From a virus (lineage: Duplodnaviria > Caudoviricetes), in IMG/VR virus record IMGVR_UViG_3300010340_001122: DNA of 64,000 nt. One strand, given 5' to 3'. The stretch's first letter is position 1, and every line of letters starts with the position of its first letter. Below are positions 1-10,016 of this stretch, piece by piece. Both the position numbers and the translations under genes were made by a program. The notes beneath the pieces are model-generated. The model searched no databases. It was given only the letters and a program-made list of their open reading frames with translations, and was not told the origin of the DNA.

Positions 1-225
1 CTAAGTGATGATGATATAAATTTAATTGGAGAAGAACCAGTCTTATCTAATATGATTGCAAATCAACAAATAACATTAATGGGTAATCAATTATATTATT
101 TTAATGATGAAAAAACTACACAAAATTTAAATAGATATTTTCCCGATAAAATTGTAAATACAATCGAAGAAGAAGAAAATGAGATAGGACACGTGAGTAA
201 TGAAACTAAAAATAATCGATTTTAA
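1..225 (+). CDS. 3' end of a hypothetical protein (truncated by window edge)
   Basis: Frame 1 is open from base 1 (LSDDDINLIGEEPV...KNNRF) to TAA at 223-225, which overlaps the next ATG (TAATG). Confidence 0.7.
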   Translation, partial: LSDDDINLIGEEPVLSNMIANQQITLMGNQLYYFNDEKTTQNLNRYFPDKIVNTIEEEENEIGHVSNETKNNRF

Positions 226-488
226 TGAATCATGTTGATGATTGGTCTTTATATAATCAAAAAAATAAACTAAAAGCAGAAGAATATGTTAATGATAACC
301 TTTTTAGATTAATACGTTTTTTTGAATTCGAGAATGGTGAAGGAGATGAAAAAAAACAAATTCTAATAGATTATTTTACAAAATATCCTGACCAAATATC
401 AAGCACTAATATACAAACAATTGGAAAACCTAATCAATTGTCTGTACCTAGCCTAAATAATATCGGAGGAGTTATTAAATATAAATAA
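225..488 (+). CDS. hypothetical protein
   Basis: 87 aa ORF coupled to the upstream stop by TAATG. Confidence 0.7.
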   Translation: MNHVDDWSLYNQKNKLKAEEYVNDNLFRLIRFFEFENGEGDEKKQILIDYFTKYPDQISSTNIQTIGKPNQLSVPSLNNIGGVIKYK

Positions 489-556
489 AAATAAATATAA
501 CGTCCAATGCTAAACAACATTAAAACTATTTATCATGGACGTTATATTTATTTTTA
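486..556. terminator. 21-bp perfect inverted repeat between convergent genes, probable bidirectional terminator
   Basis: TAAAAATAAATATAACGTCCA (486-506) / TGGACGTTATATTTATTTTTA (536-556). Confidence 0.6.
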
Positions 557-739
557 ATTAATGAATACTTCTATATCCTTCTCTATACCAGAAGGATTTA
601 CATAAACAAATTTACAACCATAATCATCATATTTTACTTCTTCAAAGTGCTTTGTGGCATCTTCAATGTTGGTAAAATTCTTCTTAGTGTCTAAATCAAC
701 ACCATATTCATTTCCATTTACAACGTAATAATGTTCCAT
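554..739 (-). CDS. small hypothetical protein, probably early
   Basis: 61 aa ORF; TATATTTG box upstream on the minus strand (779-786). Confidence 0.65.
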   Translation of the reverse strand: MEHYYVVNGNEYGVDLDTKKNFTNIEDATKHFEEVKYDDYGCKFVYVNPSGIEKDIEVFIN

Positions 740-777
740 TTTTTATTTGTATTAATGATTAAAAACTAAATATAACA

Positions 778-843
778 ACAAATATAAGAAATAAATCTTA
801 CTTTGTCAATTTTTTAATGAAAAGATTTATTTCTTATATTTGT
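778..843. promoter_or_regulatory. 22-bp perfect inverted repeat; each arm carries a Bacteroidota-type -7 box (TAnnTTTG)
   Basis: ACAAATATAAGAAATAAATCTT (778-799) / AAGATTTATTTCTTATATTTGT (822-843); TTG about 20 nt upstream of the leftward box. Confidence 0.6.
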
Positions 844-853
844 AACCGTGTGA

Positions 854-2077
854 TTAACTAAAGAAATCTCCTGCATCAAATGATTCACTATCTGGTGTTT
901 CCTCTACATCCTCAATTATATCATTGAACTCTTTCTCTACTTGTTCAATCTCATCTAATGATTTAAATCTGAAATAATCATTTACAATTGGTGCCATTTT
1001 CTCAAGAATTTCCATTGTAAATATCTCTTGTGTAAATAATTGCTTAGTTGTAACTGATTTATTTAAATGATTTATATACCACCTGTTACCACCTGGTGTA
1101 AATGTCATCTCTCCAGTTTTTTTATCAACTTCCATTTTACCTTGAGCAATTCCTATTTTTTCAAAATATTCTGGACGACAGAAAGCATCTAACCCTGTGT
1201 ATGGGTTCATACCGTGTGCAAATGAGATATCAAATCTAATTTTCTTTGGTTTAGCCATACGATTTTTCATAGTTTTGAATAAAACTGAAATTCCACTAGA
1301 ACCTAAATCCATCTCGTCCTCTTCACCGGTCTTTAATTTCGATTTTGACATCATTCCGATTACTGATGCTGAATACAATAGTCCATTACCACCTTTGAGT
1401 TTCTCAACACTAAACATGTCGAGTGTCATATAAGTATGGTTTGCTACAATCATTGGTATTTCTAAATATCCAAGGTCTGTATTAATACTTCTAAACATAG
1501 AACCTAATGCTTTCGCTTTTGTCATATCTTGTTTAATATTACCAGCAAGTAGATCTTCTTTTTCTTTATTAGATGCCATTTGACCTAATGAGTCTAATAC
1601 AATCATTAATTTAGGTAGTTCATAACCAGCTATTTTTTGCTCTTTTAAGTCATCTAATAGTTTAGTTAAAAGCATATTAACATCTTCAACTTTGTTAGAT
1701 GTGATTAATCTAAATTTATCCAGTGAATTATCAATTCCAAATTTAGGCAAATCTTCTAAATCAATTGCTTGTTCTGTATCAATATAAATAACAGAATATC
1801 CTGCTCTTTGTGCATGTTTGGCACATGAGTAACATAAAAAGGATTTTCCGGCACCTGATTCACCAGCAAAAGCTGTGATTCGATTTGTAGAAACTCCTCC
1901 TCCTAATAATTTACCTGATAAAGCAGCATCTAATAAATAAACACCAGTTGTAATAAAAACCTTTTCTACTATTTCTTTCCTTATTTGAACTGGGATAGTT
2001 TTTGCAATATTATCTAATATTGATCCAACTTTACTAAATTCAAACTTCTTAACTTCTTTTCCTGTTTGTTTTGCCAT
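854..2077 (-). CDS. uvsX: RecA/UvsX-like recombinase
   Basis: Walker A GESGAGKS, YIDTEQA, Walker B IVLDSLG, DMTKAK, NHTY, GG.GL.YSAS; acidic C-terminal tail. Confidence 0.93.
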   Translation of the reverse strand: MAKQTGKEVKKFEFSKVGSILDNIAKTIPVQIRKEIVEKVFITTGVYLLDAALSGKLLGGGVSTNRITAFAGESGAGKSFLCYSCAKHAQRAGYSVIYIDTEQAIDLEDLPKFGIDNSLDKFRLITSNKVEDVNMLLTKLLDDLKEQKIAGYELPKLMIVLDSLGQMASNKEKEDLLAGNIKQDMTKAKALGSMFRSINTDLGYLEIPMIVANHTYMTLDMFSVEKLKGGNGLLYSASVIGMMSKSKLKTGEEDEMDLGSSGISVLFKTMKNRMAKPKKIRFDISFAHGMNPYTGLDAFCRPEYFEKIGIAQGKMEVDKKTGEMTFTPGGNRWYINHLNKSVTTKQLFTQEIFTMEILEKMAPIVNDYFRFKSLDEIEQVEKEFNDIIEDVEETPDSESFDAGDFFS

Positions 2078-2188
2078 AAAATATAATTTTTATTATATAT
2101 ATATAAATTATATTCTCCTCTTTTATTATTTTATATAATCACCACATAAATCTATTAAGGGTGGGAATATAATTTTTATATATACTAA

Positions 2189-3244
2189 ATGACAAAAGAA
2201 GATTTTTTATTAAGAGCACGAGAATCACATGGATATAAATATAATTATCCTAATTTAAATGATAAAATATTATCTAATGATGATATTGATATTGAATATA
2301 ATGGTATCATATATAGACAAAAAGTAGTTAAACATATATTATTAGGAAGATGTCCTGAGAAAAATACACCAAGTAAAACAACTGAACAATTTATATCAGA
2401 GGCTAAATTAATATGGTTTGATAAATACGACTATTCTTTAGTAGAATATAAAGGAGCTTTGAAAAAAGTTAAAATAATCTATAAAGGAATTGTTTTTGAA
2501 CAAGTTGCTGTTTCACATTTAAATGGTCAATGTTGTGAAAAGAGTCTTAATCAAGAAAACTTTATTTTAAAATCTAAAGAAAAACATGGTAACCGATATG
2601 ATTATAGTTTAGTAAAATTTAAAAATGGTAATTTTCCAGTATTAATTGGATATAAAGGAATTTATTATCTACAAAAACCATATTATCATCTTTCTGGAAA
2701 TAGACCAGAAAACATAAAATTGGCTGTTAGAAAAACCAATAAACAATTTATTAATGAGTCAAATCAAGTACATGATTTTAAGTATAATTATGATAAACTA
2801 GATTATATTTCCAATCAAACCAAAATTATAATAACATGTCCAATACATGGTGATTTCAAACAAAGACCTCTTTCACATATCCAAGGAAATGGATGTCCAT
2901 TATGTAATGAATCAAAGGGTGAAAAAGAGATTGCTAAATTTTTAGATAAAAACAACATATTATATTATAGACAACATAAATTTCATGATTGTCGTAATGT
3001 ATTTGAATTACCATTTGATTTTTATCTACCTAAATATAGATTTGTAATAGAATTTGATGGAATTCAACATTATGAGCCTATTGAACACTTTGGAGGATTG
3101 AAAGCATATGAATCATTAAAAACCAATGATAAAATTAAAAATGATTATTGTGAGGATAATTATATTGATTTGATTCGTATTAGATATGATCAGATTGATA
3201 GGATATTTGATATTTTGAAAGAAAGTCTTAAAAATAAGATTTAG
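2189..3244 (+). CDS. putative free-standing homing endonuclease (KYDYS repeats plus C-terminal PD-(D/E)XK/Vsr-like domain)
   Basis: Four FI..(A/S)...H..KY(D/N)Y repeats; CPIHG..GCPLC; LPFDFYLP..IEFDGIQHY. Confidence 0.75.
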   Translation: MTKEDFLLRARESHGYKYNYPNLNDKILSNDDIDIEYNGIIYRQKVVKHILLGRCPEKNTPSKTTEQFISEAKLIWFDKYDYSLVEYKGALKKVKIIYKGIVFEQVAVSHLNGQCCEKSLNQENFILKSKEKHGNRYDYSLVKFKNGNFPVLIGYKGIYYLQKPYYHLSGNRPENIKLAVRKTNKQFINESNQVHDFKYNYDKLDYISNQTKIIITCPIHGDFKQRPLSHIQGNGCPLCNESKGEKEIAKFLDKNNILYYRQHKFHDCRNVFELPFDFYLPKYRFVIEFDGIQHYEPIEHFGGLKAYESLKTNDKIKNDYCEDNYIDLIRIRYDQIDRIFDILKESLKNKI

Positions 3245-3945
3245 TCCTTATATGTTATATGAATTTGAATTTGCCAAGCAGTTGGTATAAGTTCTGTGCT
3301 TTTAATATCTATTAGATCTATTTCCTGATTTAGGTGTGATTTAAGAGTTTCGATGCATTGATTAAACTTTATTTCAGAATCTTTATCTAAATAGATTTCC
3401 TCTTGGCCTTTTTTACCTATTTCGGGATTCCAGTGTTCGTTCATAATACTTATTTGTAAGCATTTAGTATGATCCACATTTGCGAGTTCTCCGACTTGAC
3501 CTTTGATATTATCCCAAATATATACTGACATCCATCCATGAAATTTAGGAATTTGTATTCCGGGATTAAAAAACATGGACATTGAGTAGTCACTTAAAAA
3601 ATCCTGGAATACTTCTTTACATATTTCTTCAATTTTGATATCTGTTTCGGTTTTAATATATGAATCAAAATCTCGACTTTCATTTAAATCATTTAATACT
3701 TTATTTAAATTTTCTAAATTGAATCCTTCAAGTGGAGTTCCACCATTTTTTAAATAATTAAAATATAAATCTTGATATTCATCATAAGTTACAATTCTTC
3801 CAAATATATCTGAGTAAATAACATCGGTTATTCCGATTTTTTTCATAGGTGCATTATCTTCTTCACCATAATTAGGACCCATGTGTCCTACTAATTCAGT
3901 TCCAGATATAGATTCTAAGAAGTTTAAATATTTTTTAATCTTCAT
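3241..3945 (-). CDS. hypothetical protein with N-terminal tag (MKIKKYLNFLES)
   Basis: 234 aa ORF; shared N-terminal motif; internal LNE-S. Confidence 0.7.
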   Translation of the reverse strand: MKIKKYLNFLESISGTELVGHMGPNYGEEDNAPMKKIGITDVIYSDIFGRIVTYDEYQDLYFNYLKNGGTPLEGFNLENLNKVLNDLNESRDFDSYIKTETDIKIEEICKEVFQDFLSDYSMSMFFNPGIQIPKFHGWMSVYIWDNIKGQVGELANVDHTKCLQISIMNEHWNPEIGKKGQEEIYLDKDSEIKFNQCIETLKSHLNQEIDLIDIKSTELIPTAWQIQIHITYKD

Positions 3946-4393
3946 TTCTTACTGGTATTTTTTCAAAAAACTCGTCTTCTATTTCTAATGAATAAGTATC
4001 TTTATTAAAATCATAAAATATATTATAAAGAAAATTATCTTTTAAATCAATTTTCTCACCATTTTTTAGTTCTAGAATACAAATTTCATTTTCATAGTCA
4101 TTATAAATAGAGTGTATTTGTATTCCTATTTTACCATTTCTATCAATTAAGTTACAAATAACTTTTTTTTCATTCTGAATAAGATCATTTAATCTCTCAA
4201 AAGTTGATTGTCTGGAAAGCATTGTATAGTCTTGAATATCACTATCACTAATATTGTTATATTTTCCTAAAAAATCTTCTTCTTTTGAGCTCAGTTTCGT
4301 ACTCTTAGAAATCTTATCTAAGATTTTATTTAACTCAATCTCTTTTAGAGATTCAGTTATTCTAAGGTATGATATGAACTTTTTGAACCCCAT
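3935..4393 (-). CDS. hypothetical protein with tag-like N-terminus and DUF6576-like segment
   Basis: MGFKKFISYLRITES; LNKILDKISK...LS.KEEDFL; start could be 4402. Confidence 0.65.
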   Translation of the reverse strand: MGFKKFISYLRITESLKEIELNKILDKISKSTKLSSKEEDFLGKYNNISDSDIQDYTMLSRQSTFERLNDLIQNEKKVICNLIDRNGKIGIQIHSIYNDYENEICILELKNGEKIDLKDNFLYNIFYDFNKDTYSLEIEDEFFEKIPVRNED

Positions 4394-4483
4394 AATCACC
4401 ATATCTAATTTTAATATTTTACAATATATATATTAAGAAATCAATCTATTATTTATATATACTTTGTAAATTAAAGTTATTTG

Positions 4484-7400
4484 ATGGATAAGGATTTAAT
4501 AGTCGGTCTTAGTAATTTATCTAAATCTTTAGATAAAATAGCAGATGCTCTTTCTAAAAAGAAAGATCCTAAAACCGCAACTGCTGCTGCATTACAGATG
4601 GGTCGATTTGATAAACAACTTCGACAAATTAGTAGTAGTATTACTAATGTTAAAAGAGATACTCAGAAGATATTAGATCAACAAGATACTATTCTTAAGA
4701 TTTTAAAAAGAAAAGAAAAAGACGTAAAATCTAAGGATATACAAGAAACCATTGTCAAGGTTAGTAAAGATAAGAATAATGAAAAAAATATTGATTCGAA
4801 GGATAAAGTAAAAGAAAAAGATTCTAATATATCTAACAAACCAAAAGAGGTAAAGGAAATTCCTAAGGAAACCACTATTGTTAAGGTTAGTAAGGATAAA
4901 AAAGTTGAAAAAGATTCTATTTCTGATAAACCAAAAGAGGTAAAGGAAATTCCTAAAGAAACCACTATTGTTAAGGTTAGTAAGGATAAAAAAGTTGAAA
5001 AAGATTCTAATATTTCTGATAAACCAAAAGAGGTAAATGAAATTCCTAAGGAAACCACCATTGTTAAGGTTAGTAAAGATAAGAAAATAGACTCTAATAA
5101 AGTAAATGAAGTACCCAAGGAAACCACTGTTGTTAAAGTTAGTAAAGATGTTTCAAATTCTGAAAAAAATACAAAAAAAAATCCGGGAATTTTTGGCGAT
5201 ATAGATACTAAAAAAATCAAAGATGGTATTTCAACTGTTTTGATTATTGCTAGTGCCTTAGCAGCTATTGGATTATCTTTGAAAATTATTGGTAAAGTTG
5301 ATTTCACTTCAGTTCTTGCACTAACATTAGCACTGCCTTTGATGGCATTTGCATTTGAAAGAATTTCACGTATAAATTTAGATAGAAAAAAAGTACCTGA
5401 TATGATATTAGCTTTGGTTGGATTTTCTACTGCTATTACTCTATCATCATATGTTCTTAGTTTAATTAAGCCTGTTGGACTATTTCAATCTATTACAGCT
5501 ATAATGATATCTGGGGCTTTTGCAATAATTGCTCCTAATTTCGGAAAACTATTAAATGGATTTAAAGATGTTAATTTTTTAACATTAGCTAAATCTGTTA
5601 TTTTTTTACCGATAATAATGGTTAGTTTATCAATGGCTATTATGTACTCATCGAAATTTTTAAGTAATGTTAAACCAATTGGATTATTCCAAGCTGTTTC
5701 TGCTATAATGATTTCTGGTGTTTTTGCAGTTATATCATATGGTATTGGTAAATTGTTATCAGGATTTAAAGGATTAAATCCAATAACTGCAATTGTAGCT
5801 TCAACGTTATTACCTATTGTATTAGTATCGATATCATTTGCGATAATGGCATCTTCAGCTTTATTATCGAGAGTTAAACCAATTGGATTATTCCAAGCGA
5901 TAACATCAATAATGATTGCTGGAGTTTTTTCTGTTATATCATATGGTATTGGTAAAATATTGGGTGGATTTAAGGGAATCAGTCCATTGACTGCTATAGC
6001 CGCTTCTGCTCTTATTCCTATTGTTTTTATTGCTCTCTCATTTGCAATAATGACATCTTCTAATTTCTTATCAAAAGTCACACCAATTGGATTATTCCAA
6101 GCGATATCATCAATATTAATTGCTGCAACATTTGTTGTTTTATCTTATGCAGTTGCTAAAATATTACCATCATTTAGAAAGGTTAATATGGCTGATGCTG
6201 TTAAGGCGTCGATTATAATGCCTCTATTATTTACTAGTATGTCAATTTCGATTATGTTATCGTCTTATGTTCTATCTAAAGTTAGACCAATTGGTGTATT
6301 TCAGTTTTTAAGTGCTATTGGTATATCTTTAGTTTTTGTTGCTTTTGCATATACAATGAAGTTAATAGTTAATGCTATTAAGAATATTAGTATAAAAGAT
6401 ACTATTTCAGCATTTGCTAAATTAACTATAATGGTTGTTGCAATTGCATTAACTGGTTCTATAATTAGTAAAATGCCTGATATAAACCTTTCTAAAACCT
6501 TAAAGGCTGTTGCATTTACCGGAGGATTATTCGTAATTGCTTTATTATTTAATGGTATTATTAAAGCAGTTGGTAATATTTCTGTTTCTAATATAGTAAA
6601 GGGTGGTGTTGTTATAGTTGCGATTGCTGCTGTCATAATGGTTTCTTCTTTACTTCTTTCAGTTGGTAAATATAAAAATTATCCAGGTCTTGCATGGGCA
6701 CTTGGTGTTGGTCTAAGTTTGGCAGCATTTGGTTTAGGTGCGGTTTTGTTAGGTACTCAAGTTTTAAATCCATTTTTCTATGATGGTCTTGGTGTTATTT
6801 TACTTGTAGCGGCTACTGTTGTTGCAACTTCTTATATACTGGGCTCAGGATCTTATGATAAGTATCCAAGTTTTAGTTGGGTTGGATCTACTATATTAAT
6901 TTTAGGATCTTTTGGATTGGTTGCTGTTGGATTGGGAGTTGTTTCACCTCTATTATTATTAGGATTACCAGCTATGTTAGGTGTTGCTGGTACTATTTAC
7001 TTAATTGATAAAATATTTAGTAGTGGCGGGTATAAAAAATACCCAACAAATGATTGGGTTAATCCAAGTATATCTCTTATAGGTAGATTTGCTGGAATGG
7101 CTATTCTTTATTCTTTTGCATTACCATTAATTATACTTGGAGGTTTGTCGATTTTAGCAGTTACTGGTACCATTTTATTAGTTGATAAGATTTTTGGTAA
7201 AGGAACATTTAAAAGCTATCCATCAACTAAGTGGATGAGTGGAGTTTCAAATACTTTAGAAATTTTTTCTAAACTGTTGAAAGATATTAGAAGAGATTTG
7301 GGATTTGGTGATCTTATTCTTGGAGCAATAAAGGTTTTAGGTGTTGTTTATACAATAAAACAGATGGATGATGTATTAAGTAAGGGAGATTTTAAAAAGT

Positions 7401-9523
7401 TTCCGAATAAATCTTGGAATGATGGAGTTGGATATAGTATTAGAACATTTATGGAACTTATGAAAGAGAAGAGTTTCTGGGATGTTATAGGTGAAAAAAT
7501 TGGTAGTTTTTTTGGAGGTGGGTTAGATGATATTGCTACTGGTATGGTCAAGATTGATACTATTTTATCAAAAGGTAAATTTGATAAATATCCTTCATCA
7601 GATTGGACAAAAAATGTTATCAATACAATACGTTCATTTAAGAATTTGATGGCTGAAACAGGTATGTTTGATAAAATAGGATCTGGAATTTCAGACTTTA
7701 TTAGTGGTGGTGATGAGGGTAGTCTTAGCTTAGTTGGTATAGCAGATCAAATACAACGAGTATCTTATACATTATCTATTGGTAATTATGAAAGATATCC
7801 TAGTGAATCATGGACAAAATCGATACAGAGTATTTTTATTAAATTCTTATCTTTAGGAAATATGGCTTCTAAATCAACATTTGGTATATCTAATATATTG
7901 AATTTAACAAAATCTATACTATTAATTGATCTTTTATTTAGTAAAGGTAAATTCAATAGATATCCAGATTCCAAATGGATAAAAAATTCATCAAATGCTA
8001 TATTAGAATATGGTAAGTTGATTATTCTATCCGATAAAATATTCCCATTGTCAAATTTAATGATGGGTTTAATTAAGGATAGATTAATAGTAGAGAATAT
8101 TCTTTGGCTTGATAAGAAGTTATCACTTGGTAAATATCAAAAATATCCAAATAATAAATGGTTAACTGAGACTAATAATTCTATTTTATATTATGGTAGA
8201 TTATTTATAAAATCTAATAAAGAATTTTCATTACCGAGCCTTTTGCTTGGTATAATGAAGGTTAATTTAATTGTTGATTCTATTATTTCTATTGATAAAA
8301 AAATAGAGACTGGTAAATATCAAAGATATCCAGATAAATCTTGGATTGATAAAACATTCAGTTCTATTTTAGAGTATGGTAAACTATCAATTAATGTTGA
8401 TAAAAAGTTTGGATTAATTTCTCTAATTTTAGGATTATCTAAGATTAGAAAAATTGCTGATACTATACAACAGGTTTCGTTATCATTATCAAGAGGAAAT
8501 TATACAAAATTTCCAAATAATCAGTGGTCTCTTGGAGTTCCGGGAGCGATTAAAGGATTTATGAGTTTTAATTTTGGAATATTATCTGGTATGTTATTAC
8601 CCGATAAAGTCGAGAAAAATGAATTAGGTAAAATTGTTGATTTAATGTTATTTGTTGATAAAAAATTTCAATCTGGAAATTGGCAAAAATTCCCATCAGT
8701 TCAATGGGTGAATGGAACGATACTTTCCTTACAGAAATTTAGAAGCATTATATCATTACTATCTTTTAGTTCTTTGGGAGATGGTGTTTTATCATCATTT
8801 GGTTCTAATAATCCAATAGTGACGGCTGTTTCGAATATTGAAAAACTTGCCGTCTCTTTTGAAAAATTATCAAAATCTATAAAAAGTTTTACAGATTCTA
8901 TTAAAAATATAGATGGTGATAAATTATCAGCTATACGTAGTTTATCTACTAATGTTATAATGATGTCTCTTATGGATCCGACACAGTTTGATGCTATGAT
9001 GGATAAATTGGAAAAAAGATCTGGTGTTTTTGCTGATTTAGTCAAAGATTTCGAATCAAAGAAAACAGAAGTTAATAAAACTAGTGGTAGTATTGGTGTT
9101 TCTTATAAAACATCTAAAAATACGGATAGTACCTCTAAAACAGAATCTCAAATACTATCTGAGAAACTAGATTTAATGAATTCTTTCCTAGCTGATATAA
9201 CATCAGTTGTTGGGTCAAGAGGAACACTTAAAAATTATCTTAATCGAATTAAAGATGATGTTTCCATAGGTGGACAAAATACACTTAGTCATAGATCTGA
9301 TAAAAGAGTAAAGAATATAATTAAAAAATATGGAGTGTCTGATAGTGGTATAAATATTTATTTATTTACATATCATTTTGATCCATGTACAATTTATCAG
9401 GGTATTATAGCTCAAGAACTTATTGGTACTAAATATGAAAAAGCTCTACATGTTGATAGTTCTGGACTATATTCTGTTGATTATTCTATAATAGATGTTG
9501 AATTTAAAAAAACAAACTTATAA
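4484..9523 (+). CDS. tape-measure-like hydrophobic repeat protein with C-terminal peptidase S74 (intramolecular chaperone) domain
   Basis: About 1680 aa; charged N-terminal repeats, five 68-aa hydrophobic repeats, about 12 Gx(Y/F)xx(Y/F)PxxxW repeats; SDKRVK...IYLFTY...QGIIAQEL...SVDYS at the C-terminus. Confidence 0.7.
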   Translation: MDKDLIVGLSNLSKSLDKIADALSKKKDPKTATAAALQMGRFDKQLRQISSSITNVKRDTQKILDQQDTILKILKRKEKDVKSKDIQETIVKVSKDKNNEKNIDSKDKVKEKDSNISNKPKEVKEIPKETTIVKVSKDKKVEKDSISDKPKEVKEIPKETTIVKVSKDKKVEKDSNISDKPKEVNEIPKETTIVKVSKDKKIDSNKVNEVPKETTVVKVSKDVSNSEKNTKKNPGIFGDIDTKKIKDGISTVLIIASALAAIGLSLKIIGKVDFTSVLALTLALPLMAFAFERISRINLDRKKVPDMILALVGFSTAITLSSYVLSLIKPVGLFQSITAIMISGAFAIIAPNFGKLLNGFKDVNFLTLAKSVIFLPIIMVSLSMAIMYSSKFLSNVKPIGLFQAVSAIMISGVFAVISYGIGKLLSGFKGLNPITAIVASTLLPIVLVSISFAIMASSALLSRVKPIGLFQAITSIMIAGVFSVISYGIGKILGGFKGISPLTAIAASALIPIVFIALSFAIMTSSNFLSKVTPIGLFQAISSILIAATFVVLSYAVAKILPSFRKVNMADAVKASIIMPLLFTSMSISIMLSSYVLSKVRPIGVFQFLSAIGISLVFVAFAYTMKLIVNAIKNISIKDTISAFAKLTIMVVAIALTGSIISKMPDINLSKTLKAVAFTGGLFVIALLFNGIIKAVGNISVSNIVKGGVVIVAIAAVIMVSSLLLSVGKYKNYPGLAWALGVGLSLAAFGLGAVLLGTQVLNPFFYDGLGVILLVAATVVATSYILGSGSYDKYPSFSWVGSTILILGSFGLVAVGLGVVSPLLLLGLPAMLGVAGTIYLIDKIFSSGGYKKYPTNDWVNPSISLIGRFAGMAILYSFALPLIILGGLSILAVTGTILLVDKIFGKGTFKSYPSTKWMSGVSNTLEIFSKLLKDIRRDLGFGDLILGAIKVLGVVYTIKQMDDVLSKGDFKKFPNKSWNDGVGYSIRTFMELMKEKSFWDVIGEKIGSFFGGGLDDIATGMVKIDTILSKGKFDKYPSSDWTKNVINTIRSFKNLMAETGMFDKIGSGISDFISGGDEGSLSLVGIADQIQRVSYTLSIGNYERYPSESWTKSIQSIFIKFLSLGNMASKSTFGISNILNLTKSILLIDLLFSKGKFNRYPDSKWIKNSSNAILEYGKLIILSDKIFPLSNLMMGLIKDRLIVENILWLDKKLSLGKYQKYPNNKWLTETNNSILYYGRLFIKSNKEFSLPSLLLGIMKVNLIVDSIISIDKKIETGKYQRYPDKSWIDKTFSSILEYGKLSINVDKKFGLISLILGLSKIRKIADTIQQVSLSLSRGNYTKFPNNQWSLGVPGAIKGFMSFNFGILSGMLLPDKVEKNELGKIVDLMLFVDKKFQSGNWQKFPSVQWVNGTILSLQKFRSIISLLSFSSLGDGVLSSFGSNNPIVTAVSNIEKLAVSFEKLSKSIKSFTDSIKNIDGDKLSAIRSLSTNVIMMSLMDPTQFDAMMDKLEKRSGVFADLVKDFESKKTEVNKTSGSIGVSYKTSKNTDSTSKTESQILSEKLDLMNSFLADITSVVGSRGTLKNYLNRIKDDVSIGGQNTLSHRSDKRVKNIIKKYGVSDSGINIYLFTYHFDPCTIYQGIIAQELIGTKYEKALHVDSSGLYSVDYSIIDVEFKKTNL
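4841..5150 (+). repeat. 90/93-bp coding tandem repeat (PKEVKEIPKETTIVKVSKDKKVEKDS(N)ISDK)
   Basis: Units start at 4841, 4931 and 5024, plus a degenerate fourth. Confidence 0.9.
5465..6400 (+). repeat. 204-bp (68 aa) coding repeat, 5 copies (KPIGLFQAI.SI.I)
   Basis: CCAATTGGATTATTCCAAGC-like anchors at 204-nt spacing. Confidence 0.85.
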
Positions 9524-9541
9524 TTTTACTATATAACCATT

Positions 9542-9973
9542 ATGGGATTTTTTAAAAAAATTAAACTATTTTCTTCATATAAGAAAATTATATGGTATAA
9601 TCGAGTTTCTCTTGAATCACAATTCAATATAAGAATTGATAGAGCATCTCGTATTTATACTGTGTTGAATATACCGGATGAATTATTTGGCGAACCATAT
9701 AATATTCGTAAAAGCGATATTGATTCAATATCTGAAGTTTATATAAAAGAGTATATTCAGAAATTATCAGAATATTTAAATTCAATAGGATTAAATGAAT
9801 TATATGATTTCTATGAGCCTATTAAAAAGGTTGATAAGTATTCATACTTAATAGTTTTAGGATTTAAGCCTTTAAACTCAGTTAAATATAATAAATTAAT
9901 TTGGATGAGGTTAATTCCAATTATTTCCATACTTTCTTTATTATCATTAATAATTTATATTTTATTTCTTTAA
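9542..9973 (+). CDS. hypothetical protein with C-terminal transmembrane helix
   Basis: 143 aa; hydrophobic C-terminus LIPIISILSLLSLIIYILFL. Confidence 0.75.
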   Translation: MGFFKKIKLFSSYKKIIWYNRVSLESQFNIRIDRASRIYTVLNIPDELFGEPYNIRKSDIDSISEVYIKEYIQKLSEYLNSIGLNELYDFYEPIKKVDKYSYLIVLGFKPLNSVKYNKLIWMRLIPIISILSLLSLIIYILFL

Positions 9974-10016
9974 ACAAAGAACTCAAATCTTTTTATAAAT
10001 AAAAACTATAAATAGT

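Noticed and set aside
4678-9045. Antisense ORFs inside the 1680-aa gene, and similar ones inside uvsX, TerL, sheath, protease and others
   Set aside because: Shadow ORFs produced by codon bias and repeats; no motifs or promoters
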